Part shown: positions 1 through 15,104 of the stretch, in pieces | Position numbering within the stretch: position 1 is the first letter of the stretch | Layout: each line of letters opens with the position of its first letter | Source of the DNA: the human T2T-CHM13v2.0 reference genome, Homo sapiens | Length of the DNA stretch: 64,000 nucleotides | NCBI RefSeq assembly: GCF_009914755.1 | Contig: NC_060930.1 | Reading direction: 5' to 3' (one strand) | Notes under the pieces: generated by a model | Seen by the model: the letters and a program-made list of their open reading frames with translations, nothing else | Told to the model about the DNA's origin: nothing | Databases searched by the model: none | Program-made: the position numbers and the translations under genes

Positions 1-425
1 GGTGCCAATTGTCAATTTTTGTCTTTGTTTGATTTGCTTTTGAGGTATTAGTCATGAATTCCTCACCTAGGCTATTGTACAGAAGAGTATTTTCTAGGCT
101 TTCTTCTAGGATTTCTATAGTTTGAGGTCTTATATTTAAGTCTCTAGTCCATCTCTAGTTATTTTTTTAATATGGTGAGAGGTAGGGTCCAGTTTCATTC
201 TTCTGCATATGATTAGCCAATTTTCCTAGCATCTGTTATTGAATGGGGTGTTTTTCCCTGTGTTTTTCTTTTGGTCATCTTTGTCAAATATTAGTTGATT
301 GTAGGTGTGAAGCTTCATTTTTGGGGTCTTTATTTTGTTCTATTGGTCTATAGATCTATTTTTGTACCAGTATCATTCTGTTTTGATTACTATAGCCTTG
401 TAGTATAGTTTGAAGCTAGGTAATG
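1..425 (-). mobile_element. L1 ORF2 fragment, inverted 5' part of a twin-primed L1PA15/16-like insertion (runs off the window)
   Basis: Reverse complement reads as L1 ORF2 (cttcaaactatactacaaggctatagtaatc...aattgacaattgg), the region just upstream of where the plus-strand piece starts. Confidence 0.85.
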
Positions 426-1625
<1,200 letters not shown>

Positions 1626-2310
1626 AAATGATTTTTATTTCCAGTTGTATTTACTTATTTTCTTGTCATTTCTAATACTGGTAGTTTTTATCTTATTTAT
1701 CTTGTGGTCACTATTCTCACTTTTGTCTCTAGCCAAATTACCTCATGTTCTTGAAGTATTAATTCTCCTGTTGCTACATTTTTTGGTTTTAAAATCCATC
1801 AGATGGTTTTTATTTTGAACTCTAGAATTTTGCAGATCATACTTGGGTTCACCAAAACTGTAAACATAAATATTTCAATCATTAAAACTTTAAAAGAAGA
1901 ACAGCAACAAATCTCTGTATCTATTAAGAAAATGGCTAGCAGAAGGAGACAGTCATTCCCTGAATTCTAAGCCACTAATGGCTTTAATATACTGGATCTT
2001 CATTCTGAAAGCCTTTGAATATGCTCTGATGACAATAGCTCTTTTCTGCTCACCTAGACACATTCGATAAAGAGACAAAATAGGAGATTCTAGGTACTTC
2101 TAGAGAGTTCACGACTGTGGATCAAACTCAACTCCAGTGCATTCTGCCTCATGTACCTTAATATTTGCTGTTGAGAACATTGCTTGCTGCTAAGGAATTA
2201 AGCTATTTATGAGTTAAATGTTTTGCAATACCCTAAAAAGGGGGTTGATTTTCAGAAGATATTTTATTTCCTAAGACATACAACTACATGTAGAGTTTAA
2301 AGGTGTCAGC

Positions 2311-2981
2311 TGAAGAAAGAGAAGGTTCATCAATTTTGAAAGGAGAGCTTTACTTCTCATAAAGGGTTACAGGCTGCAGGGTGGCCATTCTGAGAAGCTG
2401 GGAAGCATAGCTTCTGGCCAGAAGCAGAAACTAGATAATTTGAGGTTGGGAAGAATAAGACAGGGATTTATGCTGAACAAGGTGGCCAAATATACATATT
2501 TAATAAGCCACGGAAGGCCATGAATATTTATGAAAGGAGAAACAAACACACGTGCAATTGAGCTTTGTTTCTCCCCATGGGACCCATGTTCAAAAAATGG
2601 GGGTGTTAGCATGATCTGTGGGTGGAGTTTTAAGCCCTCTCATGTCAAAAGGTGGAGCAGATGACACAAAAGCCCTTACTGTGAGTTTTCTGTAGACTGG
2701 CTAGAACCACTCATTTCTTGTGAGGCAAAAAGGGAGGGGCAATGTCAAGGAGTTAGTTAATACTAATGGTGGAGTCTTTTGAAAGGGCTAGCTTCTGTTT
2801 AGCTCTTGGGGAATAATGATTAATGGTGGTTAGCAGGGGAAGGGTATAAACAAGTCATGTATGACCTCCCATCGAGTCATGGCAGAGAACTCAGCTTCCA
2901 GGTTTTCTCTGGTGTGTCACTGACCAAGAGATGACCTGTTTAGTTGGTTGAGGGACTTAAGAGTTTTATTTTTATTCCTCA
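2311..2981 (-). mobile_element. ERV1 solo LTR (MER39-like)
   Basis: TG...CA bounded, ~670 bp; reverse complement starts tgaggaataaaaataaaactcttaagtccctcaacc, resembling recalled MER39 consensus. Confidence 0.7.
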
Positions 2982-3549
2982 AAGTTTCCAACTATCAAAA
3001 TTCATAAGGAGAGATGCTTAAAAATATTTTCACATCCAAAATCTGGCTCAAGTTATAAAACTCATCTTTGATTTGTGTTAATTATATGACCTAAGAGCTT
3101 TCATGGTAAAAAGTAAAATTAGCAAAATAAGACATTTTCCAACCTCTGTCATTTCACATCCCTTCTTCCATTCATATACACAAATTTATTTTTGAACTCC
3201 TACTTTTACATGGAAGGCATATAATTACAGATAATAAATCAGATAAAGTCTCTGCTAAGATTAATGCAAGACATACAAAATGTAAGAAGTAATTGTATTT
3301 ATTAAAATAATAAAACTATTAACGTTTACTTCTTAATTGTATACTACATTCTTTATATGCATTATATCAATTAATCCATGAAACAATTCTAAGAGACACT
3401 ATCCCACATATTATAGACGAGAAATCTGAGGACTGAAAGATTAATTTGCTATGACTACTCAATAGTAGATTTTGGATAGAACCAAGACAGGCTGAATTGA
3501 ACAGGGGAATTTATGGTAAGTTTGGAAAAAATTAACATAAAAAAACGTG

Positions 3550-4400
3550 AAGAATGTATAGCATTTAGCACAAACTGGAGAAGGCTATTCTAAGAACAAG
3601 CATGTAAATAAGCCTGGAGGTACGAAAAAAACATGCCGTGTCTAGAAATTTTTGTGTCTGGAAATTTTTAAGTAGTTCAGTCCAGTTTGTCAAGACGTGC
3701 AAGGCTAGGCACATCAAAGGAAAGATGTTCAAGAACTAAAAATGCATCCAGAAAAAAGAATCTGGAGTTTTGATAATGGGGTTGCTGTAAGTGCAACATA
3801 GAATCACACACATATTTTAAGACTGAGAATGACATAATTAGAGTATGGGCAATAGGTTAGAGGGAAGCCAGATCAATTTGGATGCCATTGCAATAATCAA
3901 GGTAAGAGATAATATTGATTTACATGATGGTAGTCAGTGTGACAATAAAAAGCTGACCAGGTTTGATAATAAAAGAATAGAAGGCAAATTAAACAAGATT
4001 TATAGTTTCCTGGATATTGGAGTAAAAGGAAAGTAAATAGTTGGGGATGACACTCAGGTTTCCAGCTTTAACAGCCAAGAAAATGGTGGTGTCATTACAA
4101 AACAACAACAACAACAACAAAAAAAAACGGATATATTTGTGAGGCATATGGTGATTTTACTCACATTGTAAACATGCTGACTTAGGTGATTGGTCCATGC
4201 AGAGAGTTGTGTGGTAGGAAATCTGATGCTGAAGTCTGCATTTCACCATAGAAATTGGAACCAGGGATGTCAATTGAGAATTCAGCAAACCAGAGATAAC
4301 AGAGTGAATGAGATTGTCAAAGAAGAGGCTTGGAATGAGATTAAAACTTTGCCCAGGACAGAAACCTGAAAAGAAAAACACTTCAAAGTACAAAAGGGGA
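3550..4400 (-). mobile_element. Degraded L2 fragment
   Basis: L2-like motifs (gatgacactcaggtttccagctt, ctgaagtctgcatttc); boundaries approximate. Confidence 0.5.
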
Positions 4401-4878
4401 AAAATAACTTGAAAGAGAGCTGATAGGGAATGAAGTAATCTGAAAAAAAGGGGCTGGAAACAGAAAATGGAAAACTAATTTCAAATTTATTACTAAAGTT
4501 GTAACAAATGAAACAATGAAAATGAACAAACATGGAAGAGTTATAACTTTAATTTTAGTTTCTCTTTTTACTTATAAAAAATGCTAAGGTATTGGATATT
4601 TCTCCAAACTTCAAAATGGAAACTGAATATGCTAACTACATTGGTACTAGTGGAGGCAAGCTTAGGGAATATGATAAATCAGTTAATGCAGTGCATCTTT
4701 TATGTGAAAAAATTCTCCTGTGAAAAGAGAAAATAAAACAAGCAAGTGGGATCCCTGAGAGAAATAAACTGTACTATCAGTTAGAAAATGAAATAGATGC
4801 AAAGGATCTTCTTCACATATTTTGTTGTTACAAGGATAAGCCAAATGAAAAAGCAAATACGACAAAGACAAAACAGTA

Positions 4879-5198
4879 GAGTCATCACTTGGTATCTGTA
4901 GGATATTGGTTCCAGGACGAGTCTCAGATACCAAAATCCACAGGTGCTCAGGTCTCTTATATAAAATGGCATAATACATATAACCTATGGACGTCCTCCA
5001 ATATACTTTAAATCATCTCTGGGTTAGTTATAATAATACAATGCAAACATTGTCTAAATAGTTATTATACTGTATTGGTTGGGGAATAATGAGGATAAAA
5101 GAAATGCCTGTACTTTAGCAAAGGTGCAAATTTTTAAAATATTTTTGAAATATTTTCAATCCACCAATGCAAAACTCATGGATACTGAGGGGTGACTA
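4879..5198 (+). mobile_element. MER2-like TcMar-Tigger non-autonomous DNA transposon
   Basis: Imperfect terminal inverted repeats gagtcatcacttggtatc / ggatactgaggggtgacta, TA flanks, internal gataccaaaatccac...ttatataaaatggc. Confidence 0.8.
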
Positions 5199-6906
5199 TA
5201 CTGCATCAAAATACAAGAAAAGGCCTCAAAGCATTATGGATGGTTGTTCTTGCTTTGACCTAAAAAATCAACTTGTAGATTCCTAATTGTTATCACTATT
5301 TATGAGTAAATTCATAAATTTTTATTCAATATAAAGTTATTTCACTTTTAGAAAGATGATGTTAAAAGGGATAACATATAGCAACAGCTATTTAATGTTT
5401 TCCTGGAAAGGGAAACAAACCAGTATCTCCTAGTTTCTCTTTACTTCCTCAATGATAACTTCTTTTCCCACATGGTTACATAGTTTACAACTTAGTTTCT
5501 TAGGCTGTGAAAATAAAAAACCAATTTGATAAATAGGAGTTTTAATATTTTAATAATGAAGATCTTACAACATGTTTTAATTTAGTATAAGCACTAATAT
5601 AAAATGTTTATTTAAAAATTTAGAAATCTATAATTGTCTAAAACTAATATATGAATTAAATTATAACAATACTCCCAATATTTTAAAAGAAGGGATAGAA
5701 TTGGACTAACTATTCATTATTACTTTTTAATCAGTTAGTTAATATAAAAGAATAAATATTTAGATATAGTAGAACATGTAACAAAAAGAAAAAGAATACT
5801 TATATTACGAAATACTATGACATGATGCATTCAAATTGATATACTAGAAATAAATAATCAAATAGATCGGTAGAGCAGAATAGAAAAACATGAGATTGCA
5901 ATAGATGTAAAAATTTAATACGTAATAATAGTTCAAATCATTGCAAAAAACTTAATAAGTGCCAGCTATTAAATAAAGTTGAAAACTTCTCTCAGCAAAT
6001 AAACAAATATATACCTACTACATTAAAGAATTAATGGAAAAATAAAACAATGATATTTTTAAAGATAAAACATATATCCTAATAGTAGGGCAGAACTTCT
6101 TAAAACAGAGAATCTTGAAATATGAAAGAATATAATGTTTGACTATATAGAAATGGAAAATAATTATATAGAAAAATACATAATTACAGCCAAATAGTTA
6201 AGCAAAAAAAAATTTGAAAGGTTTTCAGTGCAGATGACTTATTGAAGGCCCACACTAGCCACAAGTTAATCAGAAAATAACCAAAAACCCAATAGAAATA
6301 TGAATAAAATATCAAAATAAACAATTTCTAGGACAGCAAATCCAATTGACCAATAGACACAGGGATATTAAAATTTACAGTAGTTAGTTACATAAATGTA
6401 AATTGAAGTCACATTGAGAGATTCCATTACACTGATGTAATTGAAGATCAAGGAGAGAATGAGATCAATACCTTATGGTGTCTTTACTTTACGAAAGGCT
6501 ATAGCTATTAATACAATAAATTGGACATTTGCCAGTTATTCGTGGCAGTATTATAAAGTGACAAAAGTAAAATTTATAAAAGGATATATAATATGATTGC
6601 ATTTTTAGAAGTAACATAATGATGACACTCTTGTGTGTAAATGTAAATATGTGTGTGTCTGTGTATGTGCATTGATGTTGATGTTAGTAATTGAGGTGAA
6701 AAGTAGAGCAAGTTGTTTATGTGGGTTACTTATATTGGGAGAGAAGGGTGAGGGCCAGAAGAGATTTTTAAAGGGAGAAGTGGAGTAAGGCAAGTTGAAA
6801 ATACTCCTTCTAAAACAATTCTATCATGCAACGATGTACTTCCCTTATGAAAATATTTTACACACACACACAAACACACACACATAGGAGAAAAATGAAA
6901 TAACCA

Positions 6907-8058
<1,152 letters not shown>

Positions 8059-8829
8059 AAATAAAATTGAAGAATAATGTGTATAATATAGGTCTATTTT
8101 GGTTAAAAAAAAAGATGCACTGATATCTCTTAAAGGTGGTTGTTATATGTATTAACTTAAAAAAGATGTCGGAAAATACATAACTGGCTAATTACATTGG
8201 TTATTTGGGGTGCTGGGAATTAATTGAATGGGTATGGTCTGGAAGAGAAAATAATTTTGCTTTTATAAGACTTTGTAGTTAATTGTATCATTTGTTACAA
8301 CAAGCATGTATTGTAATCATTTGCAAAATATAAATGAAGTATAACAGCTGAACTTTGAATTATATTTTATCTTTTCACCTCAGTCTAATCTTATTTAAGG
8401 TTTTTATTGTCTATTGAGAATAAAAAGCTAATTAAATTTTTTATGGATTTCTAGAAAATTACTGTATAAGTATCATTTTTCTCCTGAGACATCATTCTTT
8501 ATTCTATTCTCTTATTTAACAAATTTTATTAAGGGTTTGCTATGTGCCAGACGCTATGGTAGATACTGGTTTCACAATAATATGTGAAATAGATTCAGTT
8601 TTTTTTCCTCAGAGACTATATTCCTGAGAAGGAGAACTGTTGGCAGTCAATGAACTTAAAAAAAAAGCATATATAAGTGAAGCAAATCTCTATAAAAAAA
8701 TGAATAGGATGTTGCAACAGATAATAACAAGTTGGGGAAAGGGCCACTTAAATAGACTGTAAAGAAAAGCTCCTTTGGTGTATAAATAACCCAGATTCTT
8801 AGATTATGAGTTCAGGTAACTTTCAGGCT

Positions 8830-9462
8830 GGTGTCTATGCAAAACAATCCTTCAGAAATGAAGGAAAAATAAAATATTTCCAAGACAAACAAAGTCTAGA
8901 CAGTTCATTATCACTAGTCTTAAAGGAAATACTAACAGGAGTTCCTTAAGCTTAAAAAAAAGGGCCTTAGTAAATAACACAAAACATCTAAAAATAGAAA
9001 TCTCAATGCTATAAATAGCACAGAGTTGTATACAAAATAGGACTGTAATAGTGGTGTATATAAAATTTGAACTCTAGTTTGATAAGTAAAAGGCAAAACT
9101 ATTAAAAAACTGTAGCTAAAATAAATTGTCAGGAGATACAAAGTATTAAAAATGTACACTTTCACACCTAATCATAAAACATGTGGAGAAGGAGTAAAAG
9201 TATACACTTGTATGTAGTCAAAGTTGTTACTAGCTTAAAGCAGACTGTTACGAGATGTACTATGTAACCCTCATGGTAACCATTAGTAAAAATTTATAGT
9301 TGATGTACAAAATGTAAATAAAAAGGATCCAAAACATACTGCTACACAAAACCATTAAACTGCAAAGGAAGACAGCAAAAAAGAAATAAAGTATATCCAA
9401 AACAACAAGAAAAAGAATTAGAAAATTTCAGTGGTAAGTTTTTGCTATCAATAGTTACCTTG
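8830..9462 (+). mobile_element. Older L1 (L1M-type), end of ORF1 to start of ORF2; continues at 26001
   Basis: atccttcagaaatgaagg...tttccaagacaaacaaag ORF1 end; stops at the ORF2 start motif ctatcaatagttaccttg. Confidence 0.8.
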
Positions 9463-9674
9463 GGGAGAAGTCAAAACAAAATGGCAGAATAGAAAGCTCC
9501 ACAGATCATCCCCTTCCACAAGGACACCAAATTAACAACTATCTACACAGGAAAACAAACAAAAATAAAAAACCACTTTCATAAGAACCAAAACCAGGTG
9601 AGCACTCAGAATACCTGGTTTTAACTTCTCATCTCTGAAAGAAGCAATGAAAACATATAAAAAAATAGTTCTTA

Positions 9675-9985
9675 GGCTGGGCATGGTGGCTCACACCTGT
9701 AATCCTAGCACTTTGGGAGGCTTAGGTGGGCAGATCACCTGAGGTTAGGAGTTCAAGACAAGTCTGGCCAACATGGCAAAACCTGCCTCTACTAAAAATA
9801 CAAAAAATTAGCCGGGCATGGTGGCAGGTGCCTGTAGTCCTAGCTACTTGGGAGGCTGAAGCAGGAGAATCACTCAACCCCAGTGGGTGGAGGTTGAAGT
9901 GAGCTGAGATTGCACCACTGTACTCCAGCCTGGGTAACAGAGTGAGCCAATGTCTCAAACAAAACAAAACAAAACAAAAACAAAC
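9675..9985 (+). mobile_element. Alu (older S/J type) in the L1 5'UTR
   Basis: Alu dimer with (caaaa)n tail. Confidence 0.95.
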
Positions 9986-11824
9986 AGTTTTAAATCACCT
10001 ACACCACCCCTCTCCCACCCCAGCCAGCAACATGGTGCATACAGAATCTCTGGGCACTGAGGGAGGGAGAACACAGCAGATGTGAAGTGCTGTCCTGTTG
10101 GAGGAGAAAGGAAACCAGGACCAACTCAGCTGTTACTGGCCCAAGGATGGAGTGTTTAAATCAGCCCTGGCCAGAGGGGAATTGCCTATGCTAACTGTCG
10201 AACTTGAGTGCCTGCAAACTTTGCCACTGAGGGATAAATCACTCTGTGTCTCCAAGTAATCTTGAAAGGCAGCCTAGTCCATAAAGACTTCAGATCTTAG
10301 GTGAGTCCTGGTGCTGAGTTCAGTCCAGAGACAGTGGACTGAGGGGCACTTGACATATCTAGACACCAGTTGGAGCAGCCAGGAAAATGCTGGCATCACC
10401 TCCCACACCCTTAACCCCAGGCTGCACAGCTCAAAGGCTCCAAAAGACCCCTTCATTCTGCTTGAGGAGAGAGGAGTAGGGAGGACTTTTTCTTGCATCG
10501 AGGATACCAGCTCAGCCACAGCAGGATAGGGTACCAGTCAGAGTCATGGAAGCCAGGCCCTAGCTCCCAGATGACATTGTTAGACATTCATTGGGCCAGA
10601 TGGAAACACACTGCCATGAAGGAAAGAGCACTCATGGTGGTATTCATCACCTACTAACTGAAGAGACCTTGGACCCTGAAAAACCAGCAGGGCTACCCAG
10701 GTACTATGTCAAGGGCTTTAGATGAGCCTCTGTGACTTGCTGGCTTCAGGTGAGATTTAGCACATCACCAGGTGTGGTGGCTACAAGGCAAATCTCCTTA
10801 TGCTTGAGAAAAACAAAAGGAAACATAAAAAAGGACTCTGTCTTGCACCTTAGGTACCAGCACAGCCACAGGTGTTAGATCACCAAGTGAGCACTTGGGG
10901 GTCCCTAACTCTAAGACTTGACTCTTGGACATCATTTCTGGACCTTTGCTGGGCCAGAGGAGTGTCTGCTGCCCTTAAGGGTGAGTCCCAGGCCAGGCAG
11001 GATTCATGACAAACTGACTTAAGAGAACTTGGACCTTAAGGAACATCAGTGATAGTCTGGCAGTACTCCTTGTGGCCTGGGGTGGCAGAGGCTGTGGAAT
11101 GAGGCTCCTTGGCCTTGGGAAAAGAGAGGAGTGGGAAGAACTGTGTCTTGTGGTTTGAGTGCCAGCTCAGCCACAATATAACAGAACATCAGGTAGACTT
11201 CTAATGTTTTTGACTCTAATCTCTGAGTACTGGATGGCACTTCTGGACCCAGCCGGGGACTAAGGGACCTTACTGTCTTGAAGGGAAGGACACAAGCCTG
11301 GCTTACTTTACTTCTGGCTATTTATAGAGCCCGAGGACCTTGAGAGAACATAGGCAGTAATCAGGGAGTGGTTACAGCAGGGATTGGACAAGACTCAGTG
11401 TTGTGCTGGCTTCAGGTCTGACCCAGTACAGTCATAGTAGTGGAAGCCACAGAGATGTTTGTGTCACTCCATCTTCAGCTTTAGGTGTCTCAAAACAGAG
11501 AGAGAGAAAGAGAGAGACAAAAACTCTGTATGTTTGAGAGAAAGTAAAGGAAGAGATCAAAAGTCTCTGCCTGATAATCCAGAGAATTCTGGATCTTTTC
11601 CAAGACCATCAAGGTGATACCTCTATGGGTCTGCAAGAACCACAGCATTACTGAGCTTGGGGTGCATATACAACTTAGATCACAACCTCCAAGTCCTATC
11701 AAATAACTGAAAAGCCTTCTCAAGAAGAACAGGTACAAGTAAGCCCAGACAGTGAAGACTACAACAAATACCTAACTCCTCAATGCCCATACACAAAAGA
11801 ACATCTACTAGCATCACCACCGTC

Positions 11825-12305
11825 TGTAGGAGATTGGTCAGGGTGGTGGGAAAAGTTATAAAAAAAAGTTATAGGGAAAGACGCAAAACTTCTTGGAAGG
11901 CCTGGAGGTTTTGCAAAAGCTTCAGGAGAGAATTATGGCTGAAGACAGCCAAATTCTCTTATCCAGAGGCTGAGAGCAAAGGGCAGATAACAAGGGAATG
12001 TAAAGGAACTTATCTAGATAAATTTGTTTACTCCTGTCTCCAGAAACCAACCTTTGGTCATTCTTGTGCAGGACTGCTCTCTACTCAGGGGGTTGACAAT
12101 GTTTATTATCCACAAATGGTGTTTGCTCCAAGCCTTTTTGATTAACTCTGTATTAAATAAGTGTAAGTGGGGACGGCTTATGGAGGCAGCACTCTCGGTG
12201 GTGCCAAGCCGTGCACTCCCCTAGCTGCGCTGTCAGGCAGGATACCTGTGTCAGCGTACTTCTTTCATCCGTTGCTCAGCCAGAGTATGCAGTACAGACT
12301 TGGCA
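11825..12305 (+). repeat. 5' LTR (LTR22 family)
   Basis: tgtaggagattggtcagggtggtggg...acagacttggca; direct repeat of 19582-20063. Confidence 0.95.
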
Positions 12306-12307
12306 GG

Positions 12308-12324
12308 TGGTGCCCCATTGAGGA
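12308..12324 (+). other. Primer binding site complementary to elongator tRNA-Met
   Basis: tggtgccccattgagga vs expected TGGTGCCCCGTGTGAGGA (1 mismatch, 1 deletion), 2 nt after the LTR; Met priming is a described feature of HML-5. Confidence 0.85.
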
Positions 12325-12394
12325 CCACTGCAATGGATCATGACAGAATTCTTGAAAACAAAGGTGAAGAGACTGTGCTGTCTGTAAGTCGTTG

Positions 12395-12912
12395 TGAGAG
12401 GTGAAGCCAGCTGGACTTCCTGAGTCCAGTGGGGACTTGGAGAACTTTTCTGTCTTACAAAAGGATTGTAAAATGCACCAATCATCACTCTGTAGCTAGC
12501 AAGAGGATTGTAAAATGCACCAATCAGCGCTCTGTAAAATGCTCCAATCAGCACTCTGTAAAATGCACCAGTCAGCACTCTGTAAAACCCACCAATCAGC
12601 AGGATACTAAAAGTAGCCAACTGCAGGGAGGACTGAAAAAAGGGGATTCTGATAGGACAGAAATGGAACATGGGAGGGGACAAATAAGGAAATAAAAGCT
12701 GGCCACCCCAGCTAGCAGTGGCAACCCACTTGGGTCCCCTTCCATGCAGTGAAAGCTTTGTTTTTTTGTTCTTCACAATAAACCTTGCTACTGCCCACTC
12801 TTTGGGTCCCTGCCATCTTTAAGAGCTGTAACACTCACCGCACAGGTCCACAGCTTCATTCTTGAAGTCAATGAGACCACAAACCCACTGGAAGGAACCA
12901 ATTCTGGACACA
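12395..12912 (+). mobile_element. ERV9 solo LTR (LTR12F-like) in the proviral leader
   Basis: tgagaggtgaagccagc...ctggacaca, 518 bp, tandem CCAATCAG repeats, AATAAA at 12777, 4-bp TSD gttg/attg. Confidence 0.9.
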
Positions 12913-12970
12913 ATTGGTGCCCACTCAGGATTTCCAAGTTCGAGGGAATTGTTCAGGCTACGGTTTCATC

Positions 12971-14400
12971 ATGGGACAATAGTTATCAGCTCAACGTCAA
13001 CAGCATATAAAAGTATTGAAACAGCTGCTTAAAGCTAGTAGAGCCTCAGTTTTGCAGGCTCAATTAAGGGACCTAATGCAAATTCTTGTTTCCCATAACC
13101 CATGGGAAGGCATTCCCAGAAGAAGGCACGCTAGACATAGAGCTCTGGGAACAAGCGGGGAGAAGTCTTAAACAACATTATGCACAAGGGCAATGTCCCA
13201 GGAATATCTTTAATGTTATGGGCCTTAGTTAGGGCTGCTTTGGTCCTGTTCTACACAGAAGAGCCTAAAAAGGGAAAGGAGGAGGAACCATCACATATCT
13301 TACTGCCTCCTCCTTCTCCCTCAGCTGCGCCATTACCGGGCAAAAATACCAAAGAGGGACCAGAAGCTTTCCCTGAGCCCCCACCTCCAATAAATTGGAA
13401 AAAAGACAAGGGATATGGTTCATCTATGGGACCCTGTCTTAGGCACCGGCATTAGAAGGGGAACTCTTGGCCTGCCTGGTAATGCATGATCGACAAGTCA
13501 ATCAGGTGTATAAAGAGATAAGAAAAAGCATTAAAGAAAACGGAGCTGCTAGCCCATTTACAAAAGGAATAATTGAAGCCATAGAAGACAACTTCTGTAT
13601 GATTCCATGGGACTGGTCAATGCTAGCTAAAACAACTTTAGAGCCCAGTCAATACCTCCTGTGGAAGGCAGAATATGATGAGTTGTATGAACAACAAGCC
13701 AACCAGAATCAATTGGCTGGGCAAGCTGCTATGCTCCAGGTGAGGGGTCCCCATGCCAATGTACAACTAAGTTTTGTTCTCCAAGCCTATGCACAAGTGT
13801 CTTTGTGCACTCTCAGGGCTTGGGACCGAATTTCTGAAAGCGGAGTTCAACAGGGATCTTATACAAATGTCCGACAAGGGCCTCAGGAGCCATTTGTTGA
13901 ATTTATCAATTGGTTAACCCAGGAAATTAAGAGACAAATTAGTCAAGCCCAGGCTGCTAATATCTTATTGTTGTAATTAGCTTATGAAAATGCTAATGTC
14001 AACTGCCAGGAAGCAATGCAGGCAATCAGAGGAAAGGCAGCCACAGTCGGGGAACTTATAGGAGCATGTCAACTGGTGGGGATTGAAACACACAAAGCCA
14101 AAATACTGGCTATGGCATTAAGGCCTCCTAAAGTGAAAAGAGAGAAAAACCCAAATTGTTTTCTATGCAGAGAGCCAGGTCATGTGAAGAGGGAATGTCC
14201 CAATAATAGAGACCAAAGTAACTCAGGAAAAGAACCCTCTTCTATATGACCCTGATGTAAAAAGGGGAAACAATGGGCAAATCAGTGCAAGTTCAAATTT
14301 GATAAAAATGGCAACCCCCTAAGTAATCAGAGGGGGCCAGCCCCAGGCCCTGCTCCAAATTGGGGCAATGCCAGCAGATTTCCTCGGTCAGATGGAAGGC
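12971..14400 (+). pseudogene. gag: HML-5 gag, disrupted
   Basis: ATG GGA CAA TAG (myristoylation start, stop at codon 4); major homology region VRQGPQEPFVEFINWL; CCHC knuckle CFLCREPGHVKREC; end approximate. Confidence 0.9.
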
Positions 14401-15104
14401 CCTCCTCTCTCTCAGAGCGGCCACCTCTAGGAACGCAGGACTGGACTTACTCTGCCCCAATGAATTACTGCCAAAAGAAGGAGAAGACCCTAAAAGGGTT
14501 GCACCAGGGATCTGGGGCCCACTGCTTCCAGGAACAGTGTGATTAGTCCTAGGGTGATCAAGCCTATCCAGTAAAGGAATCAGTGTGCTCATCAGGGAAA
14601 TTGATAGTGATTATCAAGGTGAGATATTAGTTATGATGGAATGTAAAGGTCTGCATATTCTTCCCCCTGCATCAAAGATAGCTCAGTTGCTACTCTTACC
14701 ATACTGGGACCCCAGTGACCAGGGAAAGGAAAGGGAAAAGGGAAGCTTTGGAAGCATGGGAGCCAGAGGAGTATATTAGAAGCAATTAATCACTGTTCAA
14801 AGACCCATGATTACTTTAAAAATTGGAAATGAAAATTTTACTGGCTTATTGGACACAGATACAGACATTTCAATCATTAGTGATCAAAACTGGCCAGAAA
14901 CTTGGCCTTGGGTCACTCAGAAACAAAAAATTGTTGGCATCGGGGAAGTGCATACAGCCAAGCAGGGCATGTGCCTCCTAACATGCTGCAATTCAGAAGG
15001 AAGAAATGCAGTTATACAACTTTTTAATCATGCCCATCCCTGTTAATCTTTGGGGACGGGACCCATTAGCCCAATGTGGGGTCACTCTGCAGACCCCTTT
15101 CTAA
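14330..15104 (+). pseudogene. pro: HML-5 pro (dUTPase-protease), disrupted
   Basis: dUTPase motifs AGLDL, EIDSDYQGEI, IAQLLLLP, GSFGS; protease site degenerated to LLDTDTD; start approximate. Confidence 0.9.

Noticed and set aside
12152-12161. Apparent loss of the poly(A) signal in the 5' LTR (AATAAG)
   Set aside because: An overlapping ATTAAA is present, so inactivation cannot be claimed
12460-12600. Regularly spaced short repeats resembling a repeat-spacer array
   Set aside because: These are the normal CCAAT enhancer repeats of LTR12, with no unique spacers; not CRISPR
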